A DNA stretch of 63,276 nt, the filler included, from Corallochytrium limacisporum Hawaii (Eukaryota > Protista > Pluriformea): the NCBI GenBank assembly GCA_002811645.1. It is 5 parts of 5 records of this genome, joined end to end, with 100 filler letters (N's around TTAATTAATTAA, not from the genome) between each part and the next. Parts side by side here need not be neighbours in the genome. Positions count along the whole stretch, not along the records: positions 1 to 30,661 come from PDIP01000119.1; positions 30,762 to 43,662 come from PDIP01000122.1; 3 more parts are not named here. One strand, given 5' to 3'. Every line of letters starts with the position of its first letter. Position 1 is the stretch's first letter. The notes below the pieces were generated by a model that worked only from the letters and a program-made list of their open reading frames with translations, did no database searches and was not told the DNA's origin. Below are positions 20,010 through 30,820 of the stretch, one piece after another. Made by a program: the position numbers and the translations under genes.

Positions 20010-21866
20010 TCAAATCTTAAAATTCTTTAGCGGGTTGCCACTGCGGCCTCGACCATGGCCGCCGCGGCCTCGAGATCCACCACGACGGTGTTTCTTACCG
20101 CGTGTCAAAAGGCGACGTGGGTCGGGACCGTCATTCCCGAGATCTTTTCCGGTCAAACGGACAACAGCCTCGGGATTCGAGGATTGAACATGGCTCTTCA
20201 AAGACTCCGGCAGTAAATAGCTCGGCATGCTCTTGAGATGTTCTTTAACGCGCTTGGGCTGCAGGGTCTTGTCATGTCGTAGGACTTCGCGATCTCTGGG
20301 GTTCTCTTCGAAGTACTCTTTGAGTTTCGCAGAGTTGAGAATCTCATTCTTAATCTCACGAAGACGTGCCTCCTTGACAGCCGCGCCGGTTATCATGCGC
20401 TGGGCATCGTTGCAACGATAGCGTAAGCGCTCTACCTGACCGATGTCGAACTCGAAGGGGTTGAAGATGTCCTCTGGAGTCGAGTACGAGTCCAGGGTGG
20501 CCATGTACTTCTTAGTCTCCTCGATCATTTTTTCGTCCTCATAGGTGTACAGAGATAGAGCGTTGCCCTTGCGATTGCCACGCGCAGTGCGACCGCTGCG
20601 GTGCACGTACTGCCGCGAGGTCTTGGGCAGATCGAAATTGATCACATTGACCAGAGTCCGGAAATCGATTCCACGGCTGATGGTGAAGTCTTTGCCGACG
20701 GTTTTGCTCTTCTTCCTCTGCTTGCCTTTCTGTTTCTTCTTGGCAGGCTTATTGTCACCACCGTCCTCCTCAGGAGCAGTCCTCTTGTCGCCGGTAGCAG
20801 CATCATCGTCTTGTGTAAGGCCGGCATCGTTGCCTTGCTCGCCCTCGTCAATACGGTCACCAGCCTGATCTTGTTCATCGGTGGCAATGATGTAATCATA
20901 CATGCCACGGTTGAAGCCTTCCACGATATTGAGACGGCTCTGAATGGGCAATTCTCCATTGAGGACACAACTCTTAATTCCGAATTGCTCCAGGAACAGC
21001 TTCAGTCTGTAGCAGCGGTCGAGGTCATTGGTGAAGATCAGCGTACGCCCTTCCACGAGTCCCAGCTTCAGCAGGGCGTACAAGACAAGGTACTTGTCCT
21101 TGGGCTGGCACCGCAACAAGTAGTGACGCAATTGCTTGGCATCTGCAGACGTCCCGATACCATCCGCACCATCCGGCACATCTACAATCTTTGGATTTTG
21201 CATGACCAGGTCGCGGAGTGCATCTACGTCTGTCGTCAGGGTGGCACTCATAAGCACATTCTGCACGCCCGGGGGGATGTGTTTTGCCAGCAAGTTCCGT
21301 ACCGCATCCTCGTGTCCCATACTAAAGAGCAGATCCGCTTCGTCATACACAACTATGGAAAGGCTTCCATGCAGATTGCACAAACTACCAAGCTCAGACA
21401 CCTTCAGCAGTTCTAGTACCCGGCCCGGCGTCCCAACCAGCACATTGGGCTTCTGACTCATAAACAAAGGCCTCAGTGCATTCATAGGCACTTCACCACT
21501 CAGGGTCATGACCTGCACACCCTTAGCATGGCTGGCAATCTGATCAATGGCTGCAGATACCTGGTGAGCGAGCTCACGAGATGGCACGAGTACCATTGCC
21601 ACAATGCTATCATCCGCATCTTCACGTTTTCGTGCTTCAAGTACTTTGCTGACGATGGGAATAGCGTACGCTGCTGTCTTACCGGACCCAGTTCGAGAGC
21701 GGGCTAACACGTCATAGCCATCTGCTACAGCCTTGATCGTCTCTACCTGAACTGCATTGGCCTGCTTCCATCCCAAAGCCTTTGTCGCCTTTAAAATGCG
21801 CACGTCCAGATTCAGATCCTGGAATCTTGCTGGTTGGGGTCCCTGACCGTCGTCTGTTTTACCCAT
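20010..21866 (-). CDS. DDX56: DEAD-box RNA helicase DDX56/Dbp9
   Basis: TGSGKT, DEAD, SAT, SRGIDF and HRSGRTAR motifs; family-specific LKEYFEENPRD..LRHD. Confidence 0.95.
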   Translation of the reverse strand: MGKTDDGQGPQPARFQDLNLDVRILKATKALGWKQANAVQVETIKAVADGYDVLARSRTGSGKTAAYAIPIVSKVLEARKREDADDSIVAMVLVPSRELAHQVSAAIDQIASHAKGVQVMTLSGEVPMNALRPLFMSQKPNVLVGTPGRVLELLKVSELGSLCNLHGSLSIVVYDEADLLFSMGHEDAVRNLLAKHIPPGVQNVLMSATLTTDVDALRDLVMQNPKIVDVPDGADGIGTSADAKQLRHYLLRCQPKDKYLVLYALLKLGLVEGRTLIFTNDLDRCYRLKLFLEQFGIKSCVLNGELPIQSRLNIVEGFNRGMYDYIIATDEQDQAGDRIDEGEQGNDAGLTQDDDAATGDKRTAPEEDGGDNKPAKKKQKGKQRKKSKTVGKDFTISRGIDFRTLVNVINFDLPKTSRQYVHRSGRTARGNRKGNALSLYTYEDEKMIEETKKYMATLDSYSTPEDIFNPFEFDIGQVERLRYRCNDAQRMITGAAVKEARLREIKNEILNSAKLKEYFEENPRDREVLRHDKTLQPKRVKEHLKSMPSYLLPESLKSHVQSSNPEAVVRLTGKDLGNDGPDPRRLLTRGKKHRRGGSRGRGGHGRGRSGNPLKNFKI

Positions 21867-22509
21867 AACTCACTATACTATGTCGGAGGTATCGGTACGA
21901 TTGTGTACAACTTAGCACTATTCCTCACATATGGCAGACGATACCCGGATCTCGTCTTCACAGTTTGGGACCTCGGGAAACAAATCTTTCTCTAAGCAAT
22001 TCTATCACATTTGCAAAATCAGTCATAACTTTAGAGCGCAAGTCATGAGCCCACTGACATACCTTTGGGAGGCTACTTGGTCGCGTGCGTGCATGCCGCA
22101 GCGGCCCTCAAGACCACCGTTGGTGGGCCCTCGAAGTGCGTGCGGGTCTCGGCCGAAATTTTTGCGCCTTGCGGAGGCGGGCGTACCCACCGCGTGGTTT
22201 TTGGGAGGGACACGTCCGAAAACCCCCCTTCCCCCCCCCCCCCCCCTCCCTCACCCTTTGTCTTTTCGCGCCAGCCACCGAAGATTTCCACTATGGCTTT
22301 TCCTCCCCCGACTGTGCGCCTCCTACACTTCGGTGGATCGGTCTGTGAATTGTACCGATTAGGCAGGTTCCGCGGGCAGGAACTGCGGCCTGGTACATTC
22401 ACTATGAATATTCGTTGTCGGGGCGGGTCTCTACCGAGAACAGAACCCCTGCTAAATTAATGCAGGAATACAGTCATCGAACCTATTCATTCAATATATT
22501 CAGTATTTA

Positions 22510-23036
22510 GAACGGGTGAAATAGTCCCGTAGGGACCTTCCCTACACTACTCTTGTCGCACCTCGACGGGGACTGGTTCAGAACCTTCGCCGCAGCCCGA
22601 AATGCGCTCGCGCCGGGCGTCCGCCAACAGCCGCCATCAAATGAAGAATTTCTCCGCGAAATAGTTTGGGCCTCTTGTGCCTTTTGAGGGGTGCTGTAAA
22701 GTCTGCGGGATGGCTACGTTTTAATACGAGGGTACAGGCCAATGCATGCAAAATGCTCACGCAAAAAGTTTCTGTTTCCGAGGCCACATCTCTAACCCTC
22801 TCCCTCTTTGGGCTCCGCCTTACGACACATGCGGTCCACTTGCTCCGAGAGCTACTGCCACTTCTCAGTGATCGGAGCTGGGGCGAGCTCTGAAATTGCA
22901 GAAATGAGCTAGGGGAAGTTAGGGTATTCAGTTATTATCCTGGGCACGCCAGGGAAGGCAAATGCTGGGGTCAATGGCACCTTCTGCTGTATGGCAACCG
23001 GGAGCAAGCGTACACCAACAGTAAGGTTTTCAGCAC
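22510..23036 (+). ncRNA. Candidate long structured non-coding RNA, family unidentified
   Basis: Gene-free ~520 nt with many helices, including GTAGGGA/TCCCTAC, GCCATC/GATGGC, GCTCCGA/TCGGAGC, CTAAC/GTTAG and long-range GTGCTG 22691 with CAGCAC 23031. Confidence 0.4.
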
Positions 23037-23042
23037 GATAAA

Positions 23043-23744
23043 TCACAGGAACTGTCCCAAGTCGATGCCTTTCTCAGCTGCCATCTTTCGAACGTGTTTG
23101 TCAAGCACCTCTAAGTGCTCGTCGTGGATGTCCGGGAAGTGTTCCCTGTGAGCTAGCGTAAGCCTGATCACGTACTGGATATTGTGCCCTGATGGACCCA
23201 CTGAGTTGACGATTTGTGCAGCGATGTCCTCGATGGGCGCGTCACCAAGAAATTCCTCGTTATCATGAGTTGCCCGGTAGACATACACTGGGAACGATTC
23301 TTTGGTGCTGTTCAGTGGATGGAAAGTGTGCTGTTCGAGAGTGTATCCGCCCTTCTCCCTGTAGTCCAAGTACTCCCGAATGGTCGTGGCATGATCGGAA
23401 TGGATGCGGTAGGCGATGCCCCAGGCAACTTCTTTATCGTCAGGAAGTAGAGTCACTACCCGACCTGGTGCTCCTGGTACCCCCCGGTGGTCAGTTGATC
23501 CCTGCCAAAAACGGCGTTTTAAACCCTTTAGGTGTCCCAGGTGACTTTCACAATGTGGTGTTGGGAATGCCGGGCGCCAGATTAGTGACCCATCTGTAAT
23601 GGAAAGAAAAATTCAATCACCTAAGTTAGCAATTTTGTTCCAATGAATAAGAATCTACGACTTAGTCTCGAGCCTAAACTTACAACCGAAAATCCAGAAG
23701 TCCTCTTCTGGTTCGCTGCCCAACGAGTTGTCGTGGGGCACCAT
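23043..23744 (-). CDS. CHAC: ChaC-like glutathione-specific gamma-glutamylcyclotransferase; two exons (23684-23744, 23043-23593)
   Basis: Removing intron 23594-23683 (GTAAGT...GCTAAC...CAG, 90 nt) restores WIFGYGSLIW. Also RRFWQGSTDHRG, YLDYREKGGY and GPSGHNIQY. Confidence 0.93.
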
Positions 23745-24355
23745 TGTGTTCTACCAATGAACAGAACCAGGCTCCCTAAAATTATAGCTTTCGTCTTATT
23801 GAAGTACCTTATTAGTCTTCTATGAAAACGCTGTATTCTGTGAAGTACCAGAACAGAAGGAAAACTGATTCCTGGCGACTTCATACCATCGCCGCCCGGG
23901 CAGGATGGTGTGACCTCATTTGCCATTGCCCGTCCCTTTTTCTTCTTCGGTTTATCTTCGGCAGAGGAATCAAGAGACACTCGCCCCTATTTGTACCATG
24001 GAAGAGTATTTCACCCGGATAGACAATCAAATCGTAGTCATTCCACTGGGTATGAGCACCCTTTACTCTGAGGAGTGCGGGAAGGGAAGTTTAAGCAAAA
24101 GTGAGGGGGGAAGTGGCTCAAGTGTCCCAACAGGCATGAGCGGCGGTGTCTGCGCACGGCTGCCAACAGGAAGGGGTGGGGGGTAAGCTGCCGTGGCTGG
24201 GAGCTTTGGGAGCTGGTGTCTGTAGTAAGGCGAGTGGCAGGTCCAGAACGCGAACACGATTGTACTTAAGGGACACTTGTGATCTGTAGCAGAGTGTAGA
24301 GATTACTCTACAATGTACAGGGCCCACTGTCTTTCTGATCTGTGCATATTTAGTG

Positions 24356-25048
24356 ATGGCAACAGTTGATGTTCCAGCTGCATCCAACACCGAAGAAAGC
24401 AGTTCCCTGGACTGTGCATCGGAGGTTTTGGATGCGGTTCAAGATCCGCCCATCGACACTACAACAGCCCGCAAGTATCTCCTTCAACGGCGGAAACAGC
24501 GACATGAACATAAAAGGCAGTTTCAGGTCCTAATGTTTACGGGGAGCGGGTCAGATGGGCACCGGATGTGAAGGGAGCCGAGGAGGACCAGCATACAAAC
24601 CTTGACAATGACTCCTACCGCGGGGATTTGCCTGATAGTAGAGCTCAGACCCAGGGTGGCCTGCTGGCTGCCTTGCGTGCGCAAAAGGCTCATGAAGTGT
24701 TCCAAAGATACAATCCAAGAGAATTGTCTACCATCTTCAATCAATGCCTTTAGCGTGTCGATGAGGCTCGCTCGTTGGCATCAGCGGGCGCGCAAGCGTC
24801 TTTCAAATCGAAAAGGCTCCATTGCCGTTGATGAGGAGCATCAGCAGTTGCTGCGAGATGACTTCCAACGGTCGCAGAAGGAAGTACCTGTGGCCGTCAG
24901 TGCACGGATCAAGGAACACGCCTACTCCATCCTTTTGGACACGGTTGCCGCGTACAAGTCAGAATTGGGGGCACGTCATCCCTTGTACTTGGATGCCATT
25001 CGCAACGCCAATGATATTGGCAAAAGGATGGGCTCCATACGCCCATAA
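24356..25048 (+). pseudogene. Frameshifted gene of unknown family (about 229 aa when repaired)
   Basis: Three protein-like segments join after adding one A at 24512-24515 and removing the TCAA duplication at 24737-24744. Confidence 0.5.
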
Positions 25049-25198
25049 GTTCTGTGATGAATGTGTATCAGAAATTAGAAATTGAACACAATTTTTGCCG
25101 TTCCTGCATCACCCAGCAAAAGACCTGCTGTAAAACTAAATCGTGTATGATAAGTCACCAATCACGAAACCCTATCTCAAAGATTGTCAAGATTGCTA

Positions 25199-25891
25199 CT
25201 ACCTTGCAAAGCTTACACTTGCACCGATACGGTGCACAGTTGTGGTGAATGAGCGCAATTGAGCATCCTCAGACTCCTTAATGAGCCTCGGTCCACTCTC
25301 TTCCCACTTATGTGGTGTCGAGGTGTCGAGGTCAGTGTAGATTAACAAATCGAACGCACACGGCTCATCGAGGAGTGGTAGGAATGTAACACTAGCTGTG
25401 ATCTGTCGGATGAGGGCTTGAATATCTTTCTGAATGTCTTTTTCGGACCGGTCCAGGATGCTAGCAGCCATAGCAGCAGTTTCGCCGCTCAAGGCTCCCG
25501 CGTCCTTCACAGCTGCAGTATCCACCTGAAACGACCAGCGTTCTAGTGGTTCCCCGCTTTGGATGGAAGAGATCACTACAACGAGGCTCTGCACTGTACT
25601 CTTTAGTAACCATTCCTTTAACTGTGTGAGGATGGTGGACATGTACTTTTGCAACTCCGGGTCATTGGCCACCATGAGAGTCAGACCATACTTCTTGGCC
25701 TGTATGAACATGTCGGCGGGGTAAATTCCTCGCTGGTACAGTATGTTGTTGATGGCATAGCCAAAGAATTCGGCCACCATTTCCGTAGATCCTTTGAGCT
25801 TCAATTCACCAGTGTTTGCTTGAGTGGCTGCACCGGCCTTGGCAGCTGCCGCGGTATTCGCAGCCGTTTCCTGCTGCTGGACCACCGGCAT
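25199..25891 (-). CDS. MAD2: Spindle checkpoint protein MAD2 (HORMA domain)
   Basis: LKGSTEMVAEFFGYAINNILYQRGIYP, IRQITASVTFLP and LRSFTT. Confidence 0.97.
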   Translation of the reverse strand: MPVVQQQETAANTAAAAKAGAATQANTGELKLKGSTEMVAEFFGYAINNILYQRGIYPADMFIQAKKYGLTLMVANDPELQKYMSTILTQLKEWLLKSTVQSLVVVISSIQSGEPLERWSFQVDTAAVKDAGALSGETAAMAASILDRSEKDIQKDIQALIRQITASVTFLPLLDEPCAFDLLIYTDLDTSTPHKWEESGPRLIKESEDAQLRSFTTTVHRIGASVSFAR

Positions 25892-26334
25892 ATTGTTAAT
25901 TCCCCAAAACCAATATTTACACTAGAAGTCTTCTGTCGACTTGATCTTCAAATATTCAGATGAAGAAATACAAGCTTGTCAAGTTAAATAACTCACCCAT
26001 TGTTTTTCTGTTAAATTCATACACGAATGTAATCTCATTTGCAGTTCTTGAGTTGAACTGCTAAGAGCGACCAGGCAAAAACACACCTCTCCCGATGGAG
26101 AAATCATTCGCGCCAAAAGTGGGGGGGTCTCACTCCACCCCATTTCGGGAGCACCCCCCTTCCAAGGGAGCAATGGCCGTACAGGTGGTAAAAGAGGCGA
26201 CCGAGGCATTCAGATACCGGCAGACGAGTGATTCAGAGGCTCAGTGTTTCCTGATGCAGAAAACACATGAAGAACTAGGATATCGCTCCACTACCGTAAC
26301 GATATGTGAGTAGCATGCAAGTGATCAGAGTACG

Positions 26335-27774
26335 ATGGGTCTGAAACGGGGACGAGTGCTCGGGAGTAAGCCAGCGCCAACACGGCCCACACCCAAACTT
26401 CGGGATATGGTTAGAGCGAAGTTGCTTGAACAGTACAAGAAGTACCCTGTGGTCAAGGATCAGGTTAAAGATTTGAAAATACTGGCCAGAGAACGGGAAA
26501 TCGCTCTGAACAATGCACACAAGAACCTCCAAACGTATCGGAATGCCTTTGCACATGAGCTGAAGTTCATCAGTGAATCGGCTAAGGAAGGGAAACTGAC
26601 GTTGTCACAGGTCTCTGAGGGACCCAAAGGCAAAGCTGCCCTTGCCAGCAAGGCCGATCCAACCATCAGTGCACAGGATATTTGCGCTCAGATCATGCCG
26701 TATTTGCGTGAGCACATCTTGACCCGTGATCAGCTCCGACAGAACAACTTTCCCACCTCTTTCGAGCTACCTCCATCCCCCTTGCTGGAGCAGACTAAGA
26801 AGCAGCGACGGATCGAAGACCGTGAGTATCACTGTGAACGATGCGGTAAGAAATTTAAGCCACCACAGAGGGACAGTAACGGAAGTTGGAATCTGGAATC
26901 CCATAAAGGCAGTAAAGTCTGTCAGTTTCATCCTGGTCGGCTAAGGCGCCTGACTGACGGGGAGTTCCAGGGGGAACATGGTGGACGGCAGCGAGGGGAA
27001 GAGCGACGCTACGAATGCTGCGGGGATGGCAATGGTAGTCCCGGATGCAGGCATTGGGACTTTCACGTGTTCAGGCCAGGCGTTCTCACCCGCAGGCGGG
27101 AGAATCTGAATGCTAGTGAAGGAAGTGTACTTGCTATGGATCAAATCATGGAGACAGGTCATGTATCTATCGAAGAGTATTTTGTTTTGCCTGTGCCACT
27201 GAGAGAGGAGAAGCGGACAGCCTATGCCCTGGACTGTGAGATGGCTTACACTTGCTATGGCTACGAAATGACCCGGTTGACTGTTATTGACTGTGCTTGC
27301 AGTGTTGTGTACGATCAGATTATAAAGCCGGACAGCCCTGTGGTGGACTACAATGAAGCGTACAGTGGTATCAATGCAGACCTGATGGAGAAGGAAGGCA
27401 AAAAGACACGCAGTGAGGTGCTTCGGGATCTGGCTAATTTCATGCGCAGTGATACGATCATCATAGGTCACGGTCTAGAAAATGACATGCATGTGATGAC
27501 CCTATTGCACGATTGCCTAGTTGATACTTCTCTTATCTTTCCGAGCCACAGGAAGCGAGAGGATGGAACCCGATTCAAACGTGCCCTTAAGGATCTTGCC
27601 CGAGAGATTCTTGGGGAGTTCATTCAGAACACCACCGGTGGCCATGATTCCAGCCAGGACGCTGTGACGTGCATGAAACTGGTCACTAAGGATGCCAGGA
27701 GACATACTATGGACATGGCCGTGCAGATGCCAACCTTTCGGAGGCCCAGCGGCCCCATAACGCTCAAGAAATGA
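26335..27774 (+). CDS. REXO1: RNA exonuclease REXO1/Rex3-like (DEDDh)
   Basis: Cys/His domain (CERCGK, CQFHPG, YECC, GC..HV) followed by ALDCEM, GHGLENDM and GHDSSQDA. Confidence 0.9.
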   Translation: MGLKRGRVLGSKPAPTRPTPKLRDMVRAKLLEQYKKYPVVKDQVKDLKILAREREIALNNAHKNLQTYRNAFAHELKFISESAKEGKLTLSQVSEGPKGKAALASKADPTISAQDICAQIMPYLREHILTRDQLRQNNFPTSFELPPSPLLEQTKKQRRIEDREYHCERCGKKFKPPQRDSNGSWNLESHKGSKVCQFHPGRLRRLTDGEFQGEHGGRQRGEERRYECCGDGNGSPGCRHWDFHVFRPGVLTRRRENLNASEGSVLAMDQIMETGHVSIEEYFVLPVPLREEKRTAYALDCEMAYTCYGYEMTRLTVIDCACSVVYDQIIKPDSPVVDYNEAYSGINADLMEKEGKKTRSEVLRDLANFMRSDTIIIGHGLENDMHVMTLLHDCLVDTSLIFPSHRKREDGTRFKRALKDLAREILGEFIQNTTGGHDSSQDAVTCMKLVTKDARRHTMDMAVQMPTFRRPSGPITLKK

Positions 27775-27809
27775 ATCATTTTGTACTTTGTAAATTCTCT
27801 ATGAAGTTT

Positions 27810-29582
27810 CTAGTTGCTTGGTGCTGATTCTGCCTGTGGACCAGAGTAAAAGTAGTCCAGAACTGACCGAAGCGGATTGAACATCGCTGATCCGAGCACA
27901 GCCTCTTGCGTCCGCTGGGACAAGAGGTGCCGGATATCTTCCATGTCTACCTCCTCTTCTTCGGCTTCGTCCGACTCGGACATGTCAAGCTCATCTTCGT
28001 AGAGCCTGCGGCGTCCGGGAAAGACCCGAAACTCCGATACTGTGGAAAAGCCTTTCACGCAGATCCGCATGCCATCGTCGGACGCAACACAAAGATTGTG
28101 AACAAAGCTCTCTTCTGGATGAAAACCAATAGTGTTGATCTGCTGCGGGTACGGAGGTGTCTCATCCTCCCGCATATCCCATGCAGTGATGGCACCATCC
28201 GTGTCTCCAGCCAGGACGACACCTGGCAGGCCTCCATGATCAATCAAGCACAAAATTCCGCGCGGGACTGTCTTCGTTGCTAAAGAATGCTTTGTGACGT
28301 TCATGTTAGTAATCCACCCGGTAAAGGTGTGCGTGAAGGACCCAGCAACATGGACGCGAATATCACCATCCTTCGAAGCCCGCGGACGGGTCAGCGCCCG
28401 GGGCAGTGTCTTCGGGCCGATCCTGTGACAAAAGACAAGTTCACCATCACTGATACGCCAGGTACGCACCGTATGATCGCGTCCACATGCCATCAGCACC
28501 GATCCATCGTCACTGACTTTCACGTCGAGTATTGGACGGCGTGTTTGGTCCATGTTGGCCATAAGCAAGGCTTCCTGGGCCTCGCCTGCGTCGCCCAATA
28601 AACGTACCGCCTTGCCCCACGGCGGCGAGCGCAAGTCGATGATACCGACGCGACTGTTGCGAAAAGCAAGAGCAATGAACGAACGGTGTACGTCCAATAT
28701 CTGCACTTTCTCGGGGACCACCGCACTACGACCGGGAAGGGCCTTACCAGATACAGAATCAAACAGCTGGACGTAGTGCTGGCGCTTCCTCTTGCAATAC
28801 ACGTTGGCAATGATTACGTTGAAGAGAAATGGTACTACCTGCGCCATATGGATCTGATCACAACATGCCTGGCTGCGCTTCAAATGGGCAAAGTCTGTTT
28901 CCTGGGTGATCATTTGAGAGGCCATGTGTTCGGTAATGAATGCAATTTGAACGCTGTCATTCCTCTTGACTGTCTGCTGTATCTTCCTCTTACTGCATCT
29001 GAAGGACAGCACCGGTACCTCGGACAGAGGGGCTTGTGACCTAGTCTTTGTCTGGCCCCAATAGCTCCAATTTGTCTCATGTCCATTATTCTTGTGCTGG
29101 TCAAAGACGGCAAATTCTGATTTTCCCGCCTTGAACAGGTAGATCTTCTGGCTGTGCGGCATGTACCCTATGGACTCCCATGAGTCATCATCAATCAGTC
29201 CCAAGCCATTAGAACTCTGATGGTGGTTGCGGTGCGGTGAAGATACTAACGGATGGTTGGAAGAGTCTCCTCCTACCGAAAAGTTTAATTGTCGCACTCC
29301 TACACTGCCGTGGCCCATTGCGTATGCTAGCGGCCAATTCACTCTGTGCTGATCGTTTAGTGTTCTGATCCAGCTCCACCACCGAAACTCTTCATTGCGT
29401 CCCCCAAGCGTGCGACGCATCGCCGCCGTTTTCCATAGTGACGATGCAGCTGACCCGCTGATTAACTCATGGAACTTGCGACAGATTAGTGCCGACCGAC
29501 ACAAGTCTTCACCTGGCAAGTGGGAGAAAATCTGTAGCAGAACCTCGTCTGGAAGCTCGTCAAGTTGAACCGAGACGATCAT
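27810..29582 (-). CDS. F-box protein with degenerate WD40 repeats
   Basis: LDELPDEVLLQIFSHL F-box; DHTVRTWR and DGAITAWD WD-like motifs. Confidence 0.85.
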   Translation of the reverse strand: MIVSVQLDELPDEVLLQIFSHLPGEDLCRSALICRKFHELISGSAASSLWKTAAMRRTLGGRNEEFRWWSWIRTLNDQHRVNWPLAYAMGHGSVGVRQLNFSVGGDSSNHPLVSSPHRNHHQSSNGLGLIDDDSWESIGYMPHSQKIYLFKAGKSEFAVFDQHKNNGHETNWSYWGQTKTRSQAPLSEVPVLSFRCSKRKIQQTVKRNDSVQIAFITEHMASQMITQETDFAHLKRSQACCDQIHMAQVVPFLFNVIIANVYCKRKRQHYVQLFDSVSGKALPGRSAVVPEKVQILDVHRSFIALAFRNSRVGIIDLRSPPWGKAVRLLGDAGEAQEALLMANMDQTRRPILDVKVSDDGSVLMACGRDHTVRTWRISDGELVFCHRIGPKTLPRALTRPRASKDGDIRVHVAGSFTHTFTGWITNMNVTKHSLATKTVPRGILCLIDHGGLPGVVLAGDTDGAITAWDMREDETPPYPQQINTIGFHPEESFVHNLCVASDDGMRICVKGFSTVSEFRVFPGRRRLYEDELDMSESDEAEEEEVDMEDIRHLLSQRTQEAVLGSAMFNPLRSVLDYFYSGPQAESAPSN

Positions 29583-30244
29583 GTTTTGTGGGATAGTATT
29601 GTCGGTTCTTGTGACTTCGCTGTGAAGCGTTCAAAGTTACTAGGTTCTATTCATAGTTGCGCGGTCCCAGGTTCAATGCTCTTCCAATGCCTCTGCACAA
29701 GACATGTCCCGAATCCAAGACTGATCTGTCTTTGAAATACTATGGTCCGTAGTCCAGAAACAACTTTCGTAATTTCAGGCGCCAGCCGTACTATGGATGA
29801 GACCTAAATACGAAAATCGATGACAGCGAGCACCAATTTCAAAAACTCTGTTGAGAGAATTGAGACGGAGACGGTCAACCGGAGTAGGGAGGGGCTGGTA
29901 GGATTCTTAGTTTTTTGGGGCGGTGATAGGAGGACCCTTTGCTTCTTTAAATTTTCTCGCCAGTCTTTCCTCGCAAGTCCAAGTTTTCCAAAATTCTTGC
30001 GTAGTCCGATAGGAAAGGGAAAGGGCAGTCGAGGTCGGCGCCGTACACAAGTTACCTGTGGGAGTCATAGGGTTACAATGAAGACTTTACACAGCCAGAA
30101 AGCAGAATCGATCGAGCGCCTATGCCCATCCACAAAATTGCTAATTCCATTGCTGACAAATTGAAGCAGAAGTCTGAATATCACTAGTCTATGTAAAGAC
30201 TTTCGGGCACCCACAGCGGAAACCCACCTGCACATGTCGCAAGA

Positions 30245-30415
30245 CAGCAACACTCCATCGATGATGTGTTGCCTTGGACGTCTCGAACAGTGTACGAACT
30301 CACCCAGGGAAGAGTATCCCTGGTCCTTCGTGGCCTGTGCTTGCCGCTGATGGTTTGCACAGTTGTCAGTTCCGGCCTAAACTGGTCGCTGAGCACAGGC
30401 ATAGAAGAACGAGGA
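30245..30415 (+). ncRNA. Candidate structured RNA (three hairpins, snoRNA-like boxes)
   Basis: GCAACAC/GTGTTGC 30247-30272, CCAGGGA/TCCCTGG 30304-30323, and GCCTGTGCTT/GAGCACAGGC 30333-30400 with an inner stem. ATAGAA (H-box-like) at 30401. Confidence 0.3.
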
Positions 30416-30661
30416 GCACGGATAAGATTAAAATTAGAATTTGGGGGGGAGGGAATGGCGAGAGGGAGTGGTGGCTTTTTTTCTTTGAATCCTCCTCCTT
30501 TGCCACTTCCGGCGGAGATAAAAGGGAAAGGAGCTATGGGCACCGCTATCCGTTGTGATCCGATTGGGTGGTGTCATAATGGGAAAGGCATTTAATATAC
30601 CGCGCTGCATGCACTCCAAATTCTGTGGGGAAGTTGGGTCCGCGTGTGGGTGGGCGGGTGG

Positions 30662-30761
30662 NNNNNNNNNNNNNNNNNNNNNNNNNNNNNNNNNNNNNNN
30701 NNNNNTTAATTAATTAANNNNNNNNNNNNNNNNNNNNNNNNNNNNNNNNNNNNNNNNNNNN
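30662..30761. other. Assembly gap with artificial TTAATTAATTAA linker
   Basis: N-runs flank a six-frame stop linker. Confidence 0.97.
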
Positions 30762-30820
30762 GTGATCGGGGTTCTCGTTTTCGTGCGATTTGTCTCATAC
30801 TTAGGAGACAGAGGGTGGTA
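30762..30820. mobile_element. Right end of a putative Tc1/mariner-like (Stowaway-like) TIR element plus TA target site
   Basis: AGACAGAGGGTGG-TA at 30806-30820 is the reverse complement of TA-CCACCCTCTGTCT at 43592 and 59376. It abuts a gap. Confidence 0.6.

Noticed and set aside
20601-21416. 271-aa antisense ORF inside DDX56 and other long shadow ORFs
   Set aside because: Typical antisense shadows of codon bias, with no recognisable domains.
30706-30717. TTAATTAATTAA palindrome recurring four times
   Set aside because: It is always centred in a 100-nt N gap, so it is an artificial six-frame stop linker.
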